Of a stretch of DNA of 64,000 nt, positions 12,459 through 24,900 are shown piece by piece. How positions within the stretch are numbered: position 1 is the first letter of the stretch; every line of letters begins with the position of its first letter. This DNA comes from Ruditapes philippinarum (lineage: Eukaryota). The DNA is taken from contig NW_026855774.1 in NCBI RefSeq assembly GCF_026571515.1, positions 62,001 to 126,000 of the forward strand. Direction: 5' to 3'. The translations under genes were made by a program, and so were the position numbers. The notes below the pieces were generated by a model. The model was not told where the DNA came from. It made no database searches and saw only the letters and a program-made list of their open reading frames with translations.

Positions 12459-15400
12459 ATGTTGATGATTTATATAGCAGTTTTACTTCTTTTAGTTCCG
12501 GTGGCGAGCGCAGTGTTGGAGGTAAAGGATTATATTTTACAATATTTCATTTAATACGTCTGTTTTGAAGGTTGATTTTAAAATATTAGAAACAATATGA
12601 TACAGATCAAAACTATGTGGCATTAAATTTATAATAAGGACACTGAAAAATATAATGGAACTAATCACCTAAAAAAGAATTATTTGGACAGAGATGATTT
12701 TGATCCAAACTTTTCAATAGGGAGTTGGTTTTATTCATACTGATTACACTTCGGTTGATTTTCGGAAAGTTCCGTAAAATGCTCGCTGTACTTAATTTGT
12801 ATCTATGAACTAAGTGTACTGAGCGTTATAGCGCACGAATTTATAATGTAAGGGCCATACATGTTATAAGTTCGAGACCGCGTTGGTCCATGTTTTTTCC
12901 TTATTAATACTTTCATTATTAAAGCTACATATGATTATTGTTCGTTTTGTTTTATTATGTTTTACATAATTTTGTAAAGTCTATACTCTTTTCAAATAAC
13001 ATGTTTTAAGAATTCATGTTTAAAATTAAAACGGATTAAAATCAATACTACAAATCGGTTCCATTAAAATATACTGCAAAAATAAAGAGAGAGTAAAGCC
13101 TAAAAGAATGTCATCAGTAAGGATCGAACCACAAACCTCTCAATTATCATGCATTCGCTATTGTGAATTAACGAAAACCTTCACATTAAGCTGGCCTGAC
13201 TTTCAAAATATGACTAATATACTCCATATTAATTCTCGTAAACTACACGGACTAAACCGAAGTGGGGTCGAAGATTTAAATGAGTACTAATGTATTCATA
13301 ATTGGCAGGCCAATAAAATCAGACAATACTACATCTAAACATACACAGCGACAGGCTAGATTTCTTGGTAAAAGTTTGAAATAGGGTTTTAACTCAAATG
13401 AGGATTTAAAAATTCTGTAAGTGATACATTTGCTAAAGTTAAGCACCTGTTCATGCCATTTGAACATATTTGAAGCTACATTTGACAATATTTTAAAAAA
13501 ACACAGATTGGTTTATCCAGTATTCAGCAAAACCAAGCTCTTGCAATGATTTTTAATATAAGCTATCCATGGGGATTGATGTACATTTTTGACGGTCCAA
13601 TTCAAACAACAGTTTGTACATAATATTATATACTTTATCAGGTTTTGAATTAATGGTTTTGCACCAAAATTTAGGACTCTCCATTTCATGACACAATCAA
13701 TTGGAAGAAGTACCAAGCTCCCCAAACACTAGGAGTGGACTTTTTCCCTTTCATTATGAGTTTAAGATATATCAACTGAAACTGTTTTACAATATCAATG
13801 TTACCTACACCCCACATTACTACACTATGTAACAAAATAGGAGTGACCATAGAGTCAAAAAGTTGTAATTGTTTATCTGTATCAAGACTGATTTTTAAGT
13901 ACAGCAAACGCAGCTTTTCTAGCTTGGTCACAAAGGTATTTAGTAGTTTTATTGAACTTACCATTAAAATTAAACTAACACCTAAGTAGCTAAAATCCTC
14001 CACAATATCAAGTATGGCATTGTTAAAGTAAAAAGGTGTATTTGTACATTTCCCTTTTGAAAAAATTACAACTTTAGTTTTGGAATGATTAAGTTTTGTC
14101 GTAATGGAATGGGGCTTCATACAAAGCGAATACAAGACACGTAAATATGTCATACAATCCCCATAGAACTTTTGTTGTGCTTTTGTGTTTTCTGCTATTT
14201 GCTTTTTCGCGATGCCAAAAGAAGATATAAATATATAAGCTTTAAACAATAAAAGAATACCATCAAATCATCACGTTCCTGAATTTGATCAGGACATTTA
14301 TGATAATTTATAATTTCAGACTAACCACCTTATTCAAATTGACAATGATGGCCGTAAAGTGTCTATGGATGTCACATATGACTCGGACAAAAACACCGTC
14401 CATGTTGTAATCGGGGATGTGTCCATGTACAAACAGGGTGTCCAGACTGTGAATCTTCACGATTATAATACTGTAAGGAAGATGCGCAAAAGCTTTACCC
14501 ATCTCAAAAAAAAATTGAACTACTATAGAACCTTACATTTTTGCATTATAAAGAACAATAATTATCTAAATGACTACATATATTTTATGCTCACATAATG
14601 TAAAGCTTTGTCAGGTTATTTTTAAACAAAGAATAAAACTACTACCTATTACGTGCAACCACTTTAATTCATGTGCTTGTTTACTAAATATTACAATTAC
14701 TAACTGTTTACTTATCTACAGGGTTACGGAGTTTTAAAGAACATTAATGACAGAATATGTCTTCTAGGACGTGCACCATTCCCAAAGGCAACACCTGAAA
14801 AATACAGAGTCGTAAGTTGTTGAAAAAGTACCCACATTAGATTTCCAAAAAGGAACACGTTTTGTAGCAACTTTCTGTCTGTTAGAGTAAAATTTCTTTG
14901 AAATCAATTAAAATTTTGTATTTGTGCACGAGTGTTAATACTACGTACAGTAGGAACTTAAGTTTCACTTGCATTGTTTAATGTCAAGAAATAAGTCAAA
15001 TTAATTTAATTTTCTTCAGCTTTAAAATTCACTTTTTTATATATATATAAATGTTTAACACAAACGATATACATAACTAGACTGACGATGATACAGTCGG
15101 TATGATGCGTGCGCTACTGTAATGAGTTATGACATACATTTACATTATTTAGGGATTAACTCACGAAGTTTATGACCATTTGCTGGACATCAATTCTACC
15201 CGACTAACACTTGACGAGATTAATACTGTTGCTGGACCAAATATTGCCACCTTCTGCAAGACATATTCAACTTACTACGTGACAGCGACACCTTTACACA
15301 GGAATGCAAGAGGTGAATATATTATTAGTAATAAAGATCGCTGACAGGTTATATGGCCCTTTATTAAATAACTATACGTTATTCAGTCCTGTAAAAAAAT

Positions 15401-17933
15401 GTACCTGCCACGTTCAATAACACGATGGCCTGCCTTAAAACAGGGCCAATATCTATATTACTTTTTTATGAACCCTATATTTTGTTACTTAATGTAATTC
15501 TCACAAAAATGTAGAGTAGGATTCTCTATTAATCGATTAAAGCAACAATAAAACAACATTTTCTTATATTTATTTTGTGTTGTCTTGTTTTCTAAGTTAA
15601 TTGGAGAGTTAAATTGTACAGTATCATGAGTATGACCACAGGAGATTGACATTCTTAGCTAGATATCAATAATTGAAAGATATACGCAAATAATTAAAAA
15701 AATAACGGCAAATGTACCCCTCTATACTATAAATAAACACAGAGGGGTACATTTGCATGTTCGTGAAGTTAGCCAGACAGCCGGAACAGCCAGAACTCAT
15801 TTTCGTCCGGAATCCGTTTCCGGCTATACAGGCTGGCCAGAGATGATAGGGTAAAACCTGTGAAAATTCCATTGGCTAATACCATAATGTAATTGTCAAA
15901 TTATTTATCACAACGATCTCCGGCTATTACGGCTAGCAAGAAAAACAGAAATCAAGGCTACATAAGATGAAAAAAAAATCCGACAGCAGATTGAAGAATA
16001 TATATGTGTCGTGCATTGTGGGTCCGAAATCGGCTGGCCCCTGTGGGGACCAGACTCAATTACGCAGAACCGCACATGGTGGGATGGTTAGGGGGTCTGA
16101 CCAGGTGTCCGCGGGTAAAGGTGTGTCCGTCGGGAATACTCTGGTATTTTGCCGACGTCGAGCCGAAAATTATTTGCTTATATCTTTCATGTCAATCTCC
16201 TGTGGTATGACAGATATTTGTTTACATTGACAACTGTCCGTTTCTTAGAAAGGGCGACAACCAAGATTAGCGGATATGTCTAAACGCCGTATTTCGGACA
16301 TAGGTATTATTTAGATGTTAATACTTGGTTGCTGCTCGCCATTATGCGATAATGACCCTCCAGTTCATAATGTCCTTCGGGCCTGCGGCCCTCAGACCAT
16401 TATTCACATCTTCGGGCCATTATCGCATAATGGCGAGCAGCAACCAAGACAGTATTAACCTCTAGATATAAACGTCACGGTTATCCAATGAATAGCGACG
16501 TTACAATTTAAACGTGCAGTATTATAACAGGGTCTTTCAAATAGAAAATCTATTTGAAAGACCCTGATTATAGTAAACGTTTATAAACTCCATTTTTTTA
16601 AAGAAAACATAACCGGTCTAAAAATTGAAATTGTAGAGTTATATAAGGTAGTCTATCGAATTATGCGAAGTTTATAACATATATGCCATAATTGACAACG
16701 ATGGATCATTATTGTGATTTGAACAGTAAAATTTAAGTTTAATATTATTTTGTTTGTTTTGCTTCTTTGAAGAACATTTTTTACGCGCAATGGCAATACA
16801 GACATAATGAGAATGGCAGCGAGTCAATGACTATCGTACAAATTGACTATGGTCAAAGTTGATAATTACAACAGACTGATACTATACATCAAATTCAGCT
16901 CTTAACAATGTACATCATATATTTCACAGATTTTTGGTGAAAGTGAAAGAAAATTCTTTAAAGACGTATACATCTCTTTAAAGAGATCCATGAAGTAATG
17001 TAGCTGAATGAAAACTGCATGATAGTATTCATGTAAATTGTGCATGATCTTATGTTATCATATTCTAAGATCATTGAAATTTTCAATAAATTCTGTTAAG
17101 AAGCTTTCAACTGCTATATCGCTATATGATACACTAGCATACGCTTTTACGGCTCTCATATATATTGGCGTTAAAAAAGGACCATGTACGTTTATATGAA
17201 TTGGAAAATTTTCACAAGTTTTTGCAGACGAAGAATTTCTGTTTGCAATAACAATGCTCATGGTATAATGATTTTTCAAATTAAATGTAATGCGGTTAAA
17301 TATTAGAACCAGCTAGATGTTTGAGGAATAAAAAAGGAAGACAACGTTTTTTCCAAGTAAATATAAACCCGAATGCTGGGATAATATCTCATCAGCACAG
17401 TGTCTTTGTAATTTCAGCCATCGACTCTTCCAATACTGGTACTGAACTGAGTTTTTGGTGTGTGTTATCTAATTGTCCATCAGATAGGGAACAGTATCAA
17501 CAACTTTTGAGGAATAATTGATTTGTTTTCAAAATCTTCAATAAACTTTTACTTTGAAAGAGATGACTTTTCTTTATATCAGAGCGTACAAGAAAATTCT
17601 TGCTCGCTCGTTTTATATCGATCAATGTATTTTCAGCACTTAGACCGTCATATCACGACGCCAAAGAGCAGAGATTATGGTGCATTGGTACTTCTTGTAT
17701 AATTGATAGCATTTTGTTGGTATAAACTTCTTTTTGACAAACAACTGACTTGTTCTTAACTTTTTTGCTTTATAGGACATATAACGTATATCAGTATAAT
17801 CAGCACAATGACTTTTGTAATTTCAGCACTAGAACAGTCTAATCCCGACACAGAACCACAGACAATATGGTGTGTGGCCTCTAGCTGTATTACAAATAGT
17901 AACCAGTATCAACAGATATTGACGACCAAGTGA
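12459..17933 (+). CDS. Secreted BRICHOS-domain propeptide precursor with three alternative terminal exons
   Basis: Exons 12459-12521 (signal peptide MLMIYIAVLLLLVPVASA), 14320-14472, 14722-14811 and 15153-15312, then a phase-1 last exon at 17418-17521, 17637-17725 or 17827-17933. BRICHOS hallmarks LHDYNTGYGVLKNINDRICLL and GPNIATFCKTYSTYYV carry the conserved Asp and two Cys. The common part is 155 aa and ends HRNAR. Confidence 0.8.
13290..14100 (-). mobile_element. Decayed non-LTR retrotransposon (ORF2 C-terminal part) in a BRICHOS intron
   Basis: LNHSKTKVVIF..VEDFSYLGV..QLFDSMVTPILLHSVVMWG, with frameshifts. Confidence 0.75.
16313..16463. mobile_element. Long-hairpin end of an element spanning about 15660-16465
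   Basis: Arms GTTAATACT..TTGGTTGCTGCTCGCCATTATGCGATAATG and CATTATCGCATAATGGCGAGCAGCAACCAA..AGTATTAAC; apex GGGCCTGCGGCCCTC. Confidence 0.75.
17418..17521 (+). CDS. BRICHOS gene alternative last exon A: (A)IDSSNTGTELSFWCVLSNCPSDREQYQQLLRNN*
   Basis: Acceptor TTTGTAATTTCAG, phase 1, open to TGA; AATAAA at 17540. Confidence 0.7.
17637..17725 (+). CDS. BRICHOS gene alternative last exon B: (A)LRPSYHDAKEQRLWCIGTSCIIDSILLV*
   Basis: Acceptor TGTATTTTCAG, phase 1, same WCx4C motif. Confidence 0.6.
17827..17933 (+). CDS. BRICHOS gene alternative last exon C: (A)LEQSNPDTEPQTIWCVASSCITNSNQYQQILTTK*
   Basis: Acceptor TTTTGTAATTTCAG, phase 1; AATAAA at 17953 and 17998. Confidence 0.72.
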
Positions 17934-19297
17934 TATTATCTATGAAGTTTATAATAAATGTCATGTTGAATCAGATGTTTTACATTACAATTCAGTTAAT
18001 AAACAGAAAGTGAAGAAAATTTGTCACCACGTTATCAAGTTATAACAATGCCACATTAACAAATGAAATGTGTAGATGCGTTTTTTTTTTCATGGCAGAA
18101 AAATAGAAATGAATGATACGAGAAGAAGATAAATACTTTCATTTTTATTATCGAAAACAATCTTCTAGTCTTGAAAGAATGTTTTATGGGTTGGTTTCTA
18201 ATTGCAAATATAAAGAAACGTGTGAAAAAGCAAGTTAATTTTCAACCCCTTCTTATTTTATTGTTTTACAAATTATTTGTTCTAACTATGTAATTGTAAT
18301 GTGGTATATGTTGTATAAGGATCATCCGATAAAATGTTCTTTCAGAAATACAATGCATTTTAGGAGATAATTAGCTTAAATAAGATGTTTAAAATTCAAA
18401 AGTCTGTTTGTTGCATAGCTTCCATTTTGATTTAAATAGAAAATGTTATAATAATATTTTTATTTCAAGAAGTCAAAAGTCAAGTCACATGAACACAACA
18501 AACAACATATCTTAATATTCATTATTATTCAAAAAAGAAAAACAAAACACACACAAACAAACAAACAAAAAACTACTAATATATAGAGTCAATTTGAATT
18601 ACAACAAACATGATTTGATTGATTTTACACTCTTTTAAAAATATATCATTTGTATAATTTTCAATAACTGAAAACTGAATATATTACGAATATAAATGTT
18701 ATATCATCATAAATACAAAGTTTATTAAGATGAGTTTTATGCAAAAGACAGTATCATTTGATTTGCAATATATGCTTTCTGTATTTATATTTTAAAGATG
18801 CCAGTGAATTAATGGATCGGATATTATATGGTATTGAATTCCGAACCTTTGTAGAAGTGTAGTAAAAATCTTAATGTCATAATTTGTATAAATAAGCCAT
18901 CATGTGAAGCAGATATTAAAGTTTTAATTTCATTGCTGGAATAAGTCAAAAATTCAGATACATAAGAAGGCGCTAGGTTGTTACAAGCTTAATAAATAAG
19001 ATTCCCAAGTATGAATTTTATATGCTTATTGAATCGCCTGGTAACTTATCTGTATAACGCAGGGTAACGCGGAGTTCTAAGCTATATCCGATGGTGTTAT
19101 CCTCTTTTTAAATGTTGTTGTACATATTTCCTGAGAACGAGTTTTAGCTTCGGAAATTTGATTTAAGACTCGCAACACATGTACCAAAAAATCTCATTAT
19201 CAGACAGCTAGAGCATATTAACAAGTATTTTAGGCCAGTGTGTATGTAATCTAACTTGAAGCATTATACGCGCTGAAAGCACGCACAGGAATTATCA

Positions 19298-19597
19298 GCT
19301 TTTGTGTGTGTTTGAGTTTATTTATACCCGCCACCGATTTCCCATATGGACGAGTCCTCCAGAATTCATATTTTGGAGGATAGTGCAAGATACAGATACA
19401 GAAAGATGCCCCAATTCCAGAAGCTTTCCCTGGTACTTTAACGTGCCAAATGTTTAAGCACTCATACACGGGACCTAGATTTAAAGTCTCATCCGAAAGA
19501 CTGATAAGTAATTTTAGTTGGCCAGCCCGGGAATTGAGCCCACAATGTCGATATTATATGTCTCGCGCTCCAACCGATTGAGCTATGCGGGCTGGCA
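19298..19597 (-). mobile_element. tRNA-derived SINE
   Basis: Minus-strand head GCCAGCCCGCATAGCTCAATCGGTTGGAGCG..GGCTCAATTCCCGGGCTGGC with A/B-box-like motifs, followed by a non-tRNA body and a CA/A-rich tail. Confidence 0.7.
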
Positions 19598-21768
19598 TGA
19601 TCAGCTTAACCTGTAACCTTCATTTATAGTCGGTGTATTAAACATCGCTAAAGTAATATCATGATATATAAAATGTCACAACGAAGATGCTATAGCGTTC
19701 ATATGTAACACAAGGCACAGGCATACGTTTTTGACCTGAAAATTTAGAGGAAATGATTTACATCAGTTGTTAAATTTTATATGACAGATTTTGTTCTATA
19801 GTTGCTTTCTTCCAGTTATGTCCATTTATTGAAGAAAACTACAGACTGTTTACTAAATAAGGCGTAGCAAACTGTACTCGTATGTCAGAAAGATTTATTT
19901 TAAACAACTTCGCATAAGGCATGAAAGTGGGATAATTTATAATAATTCGAAATGTTATAAGATATCTGTTGCTTACTTTTTCGATTATATCCTCTAGAAA
20001 ATACTTACACTTAGGGACAGCTGCAGATAGCTCTAAAAGTAGCAACAGCAATCAGTCTAGTTGTTTAAACCCGATGTTCATGTAAAGTAGAAAAAGATTT
20101 GCGAACCGGAAAATGACTTTTTTATTCCTTTTATGTAATATTGTAAACAGCCTAGGGCTAATATTATATCTGTTTTACGCAACTAGAGTATTTTTTGCAT
20201 GAAAGCATCAACTTAAAAGACAAGTAAGTTTCTAATGGGTTTTCAGGGATACTGTACAATATGATAACACCATCCGAAAAGACGCTAAATTCCGTGTAAC
20301 CTACGCTTTAACAACCGGAACACCTCACCTATTGTTGATAATCATATCAAAGGTATTATGGATTGGAAGTAGTTCTGCCAAGTGACTTTCGACGCATAAC
20401 GGTTGTTGTTATCTTTTAAAATGAGTAACGAAAGTGACTATCTAACATTGATATATAAATTGAGTGTATTTTGGTAATACTTTAATAAAAAAAATGTATT
20501 ATAATCATAGTCAATTAAAAAAGAATATCGACTGACATACAATTGTTATCCAAATCCGAAATATCGGATAGTTATACATTTTGTACTTTTGGTTCGCCAA
20601 AACATAATAATCAGTGAATAAATTATGAACTTTGTTACTTTTATCTTTATACTTATTACCTTATTTATATCGACAATTACACGATATGCCTCTATGGGCC
20701 TACTGTAAGTCCAAACACCTTTATGATTCCATGGGACTTAAAATAAGTTATCGTAAGTCCCACATGTTACACATAGTATGATGATGGAACTCAAACTTGG
20801 TTTAATGATGGAATGAGCTGATCAAAATTTAGTATCGGCTATATCTCCCGTCAAACCACTTGATAATGGGTATAACGTTTTTTTTTCACATGGCAAGTAT
20901 AAATGACCTAAAGTTATGAATCTCTTATATAGTATAGACAAATTGTCGTTACCGATTTTTTCTCCTAAACTTGCAGGTCGAACACTTGTGTTACATATAC
21001 ACATAAAACAAAAATTATGGTTGAAAAAGCAGATGTATGTTCTAACATTATAACATTAAAATTAATATCGACATTTTCTTCCGGAATTTAAAGAAAAAAA
21101 AAGAAAAAAGAAAAAAAAGCAACAAACAAACAGAAATGTACAATACACTAAAAAGATGTGAACCACATCAACATACCTGTAAAATTGGTGTTATAATGTG
21201 CTATCCTAAGGAATAAGTTCCGCCTGTCGTATCTAGTGCTTTGTAGAAGAGCACAATTGTCTCGGAGCACTTGTCTTAACTAAGACCGATGCGGTCGCAT
21301 TTGTCCCACATGAGACCAATGATACCTCAAATCCTACAGTGCTTTCATTGCTGTGTTAAAGATAGTCTTTCGAATCACTAAAACTACACTGTATTATAAT
21401 AAATCTTCGAATTCTAAGAAAAGTTTCGAATGCGTCTTATATGCGTTATGATAAAAAAAATAATCGTCATTTTGCTCCAAATAGTACACAAATAATAAAA
21501 AAATTATACATCATATATCCATTATAAAACTGTAAACGTTCCATTTGTCTTCTTTTTTATTTGCTTACTACAGAACAATGTATTATTTATTTAAACACAT
21601 AGGAAATGGTTTGTTAAGATAAAACTATATATACGTATTTACTATTCAGGTGGAATGTTAAGATCACAACGTATATTAACCATTATTACTCACCTGATAC
21701 TTGACTTCTATAAATATGAAATAGATTTTCAAATTTCCAAGAGCGACACTCATTGTTATTCTTATGTA

Positions 21769-21826
21769 TGACGTCGTTGACGTCATTGACGTTAGTGACG
21801 TACTATATAGCAACGCTTTGACGTTA
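21769..21826. promoter_or_regulatory. Cluster of CRE-like sites upstream of PDE paralog 1
   Basis: TGACGT at 21769, 21778 (full TGACGTCA), 21787, 21796 and 21819, about 90-140 bp before the ATG. Confidence 0.55.
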
Positions 21827-21911
21827 ACAACGTAATTTGTTTACATTTTCCAAGAAAAGAAAATTAATTTATGAATTTATGAAACATGTGGGTCAGTAAA
21901 GTACCCACTTA

Positions 21912-24900
21912 ATGAGTTCACCATTGAGGAATCTGACCTCGGAACGAAAGACACCGGTGTCTCGATTTAGAGCATCGGATAGATGGCTAGAGAATGTTGG
22001 AAACACAGAGATGCAAGAATATATGGTCAAAGAATATTTGGCGAGGTATCCTAACCTCTTAGAATACTTTCTTTTAGAAAATGTCAGCATGGAGTTTTTG
22101 AATGACATTCTTGAGAAGGTGAAGAATAAACCGAAATTAAGGAAGCCGGTATTAAATCCACAACAGGAGGTCGTTCAGGCAACTAGCACTTCATCTGACA
22201 AGAACTTTCGAAACCTCTGTGAAAAGATTCTGACTAGCGCGAAGGATCATGAACTATGTGAGGTTATCAATGAGATATGTCAAATAATAGGGTACCACAT
22301 TAAAGCAGACAGTTTTAGTTTGTATTTTATAAGAGACGGAATAAAAGTATCGATTTACAAGCCAGGAGAGGAATTTAGAAACATAGGTCCAGTCGGCAAA
22401 AATATGACAGTCTCGGCACATGTTGCTTACGAAAAGAAAGCGATAAATATTACAGATCTGCAACAGGATTCGAGATTTCCTAAAGGTAATTACTTTATTT
22501 GATGTATCTACACACATTAAGATTGGTTTATAAGATCTTAAAATCAATTGCCTGAATGAGTTTAGTTTAATAACTTTCAACTTCCCATACTCTCATAATT
22601 ATAAACAGTTAAGCACTAATATATAAATGAGTGACAAATGTTTAATGTGCATAAATCATTTGTTTATTATTTAGTTTTCCATTAATGTCAGCCTCCTTTA
22701 AGAATTTAAAATACGCCTTATGAATGATTCATGGTTGTCGTAAGCTATACAATCGAACCGGTGTGTATTTTGTTGTTGAGATTTGAACCTATCTCCGATG
22801 ATTTCGAGTCCGATTCTTTAAAAGTAAGTACATGTACACCAATTGCCCTCAACTCATTCAGGCAATTGATTTTAAGATCTGGTAAACGGAATTATATAAA
22901 CGCAATCTTAATGCTTAACTGCTTATAATTATGAGCGTATGAGAAGTTAAAAGTTATTAGGATAATGAAATACATACAAGTACATGTAGTGTTGCAAGAT
23001 CTAAATAAGTTGAAGAAGGTGATAGAGATAATTAAATTAATTAGAAGAGAAAAAATAGTTACAAGAACATAATATACCGAGGCTTATTTTGTCATATCAC
23101 AGGAATCTGTTTAGGAGACGACACTACCCATCAAGTGATTAGTATCCCAATTTTGTATGAAGATGGGCGGTGCTATGCGGTGTCGGAGTTTACTCGTGGT
23201 TGGTGTGGTAACCCATTCTCAAGTGAGGAGTTCGAATTTACGGTAGCGGTGTTTAGTTGGGTCAATGCTTGTGTTCAGAAGATGAAAATTAGCAGGGTAA
23301 GATCAAGTCGTTATAGAAAAATGCATATTTTATATCTTTCATATGTGCTACTTTAAAGCAAACATTATAATTATATAACTGTAACATTTTTTTATTTGCT
23401 AAGATGTAAAAATCGAACGCTTTGCATGTCCAAAAAGTCCACGTTTCGGACGTGATTAATTTTCAATTGATGTTTGTTTGGTATTAAGGCGCATCGTCAC
23501 AAAATAGGTCATATGGCGCCAGAGCAGGAAATATGATTTTTCGCTAGCCTCTGTTGTTACAAACTTCAAAGCAACACCGGTGCTCAAAGCGCCATTACCC
23601 CGCCGGAAGTGATAAGCATATATCACAATGAATAGAGTCAGGCCAGCCGGCGTGTCCGTGTAGTCTGTCAGACTGTATACTTAACTACATGTTCTTTACT
23701 TTTATATTGAAATCCCTTTGGCTTTGAATGGAATGTCCAAATTTTCAAGCTTCGCAAATTCACCAGGTTAATATCTATCCAGTTCTAAACAAATCTGTTG
23801 GCAATTTTATACACAACTCAATATTCTTAAACGAACTGGGATCATATAATAATATGAATTTAACGACCAATTATTTGTTTATTTATCTTTAGCAGCATAA
23901 TTATATCCACTCATTTTGACAATATTTACAGATATTACGTGTACAGAAATCTTTGAACAAGTTTTTATTGGGGGCGACTAAGGTATTATTTGATGAGGTG
24001 TATAATATTGACCACCTCGTCGACCACATTATGATCTTTACCAAGGAGCTGGTCTCTGCCGATAGATGTGCCGTCTTTTTGGTTGATAATCAGGAGTATA
24101 AATTTATTTATTTGCTTATTTTGTAAAAAATTATATTATTAACATCATCTGTCATTTTATTTCCGACATGAAAAGTCTGTTTTTATAATCCCCAAGCTGT
24201 CGAATTGCCATGTATTTGATCTTATCGCTGACTCTGACGTTATTTAACTTTATACCCTACCTCTGTATGTGATAGTATACACGTTGAGTATTTAGAATTG
24301 TGTTTTAGGACCTTAAAATGATTTAACTTTTGTTATGAAGTTATGCTTTAAAAAGTTTATAATGGTAAACACACGATGAAAATACGTTTTCTATTATCTC
24401 GTGTTCTCTATTATTGTTTTCCCTTCTACATGTTACTCATTATAGGTGACTTATATTGTGTGTTATTTCTTTTTGTAAATGTATATTGTAAAAGATGCAA
24501 ATGTTACGATAATATAGAGAATAATAGGTTGGTGCCGTGGATGGAGAAAGTTTATCTGGCGAGGCGGAGGAATTTATTGGGTGAGCCGAAGGCGAACCCA
24601 ATAAATTCCAGAGCAGAGCCAGATAAACTTTCTCCATCCACGGCACCAATCTGTTATTCTATTTATCCTGTCACCGTTTTTTTTAAAGAATTTTATTAGG
24701 CAAACTACCTGTAATCACACTATCGGAAATGTTTCTATATAAACAAAGAAGGCCCTAATTTTTCTACAACAATGCACTCGCCGTTCTTATTATCTCCCAA
24801 TCTCCACACAGTGATCTCCCCTTAATTCTTCGGCCAAGGGAGGTAATCACTGTGAGGAGTTTGATTATCTCCCTGTGTATTTTCACATTGAGGGCGCCAT

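Noticed and set aside
16772-17000. Possible additional BRICHOS terminal exons after acceptors near 16772 and 16929
   Set aside because: In phase 1 they give only EHFLRAMAIQT* and DFW*, with no WCx4C motif or clear homology to exons A-C.
18460-19060. Possible LINE 3' remnant on the minus strand
   Set aside because: Too degraded to assign motifs confidently.
19523-19597. tRNA gene (also at about 50550-50620 and 53320-53420)
   Set aside because: The cloverleaf is degenerate and continues into a SINE body and tail, so these are called SINE heads.
24376-24699. Overlapping ORFs on both strands with similar peptides
   Set aside because: A consequence of the palindromic hairpin element; no protein signature.
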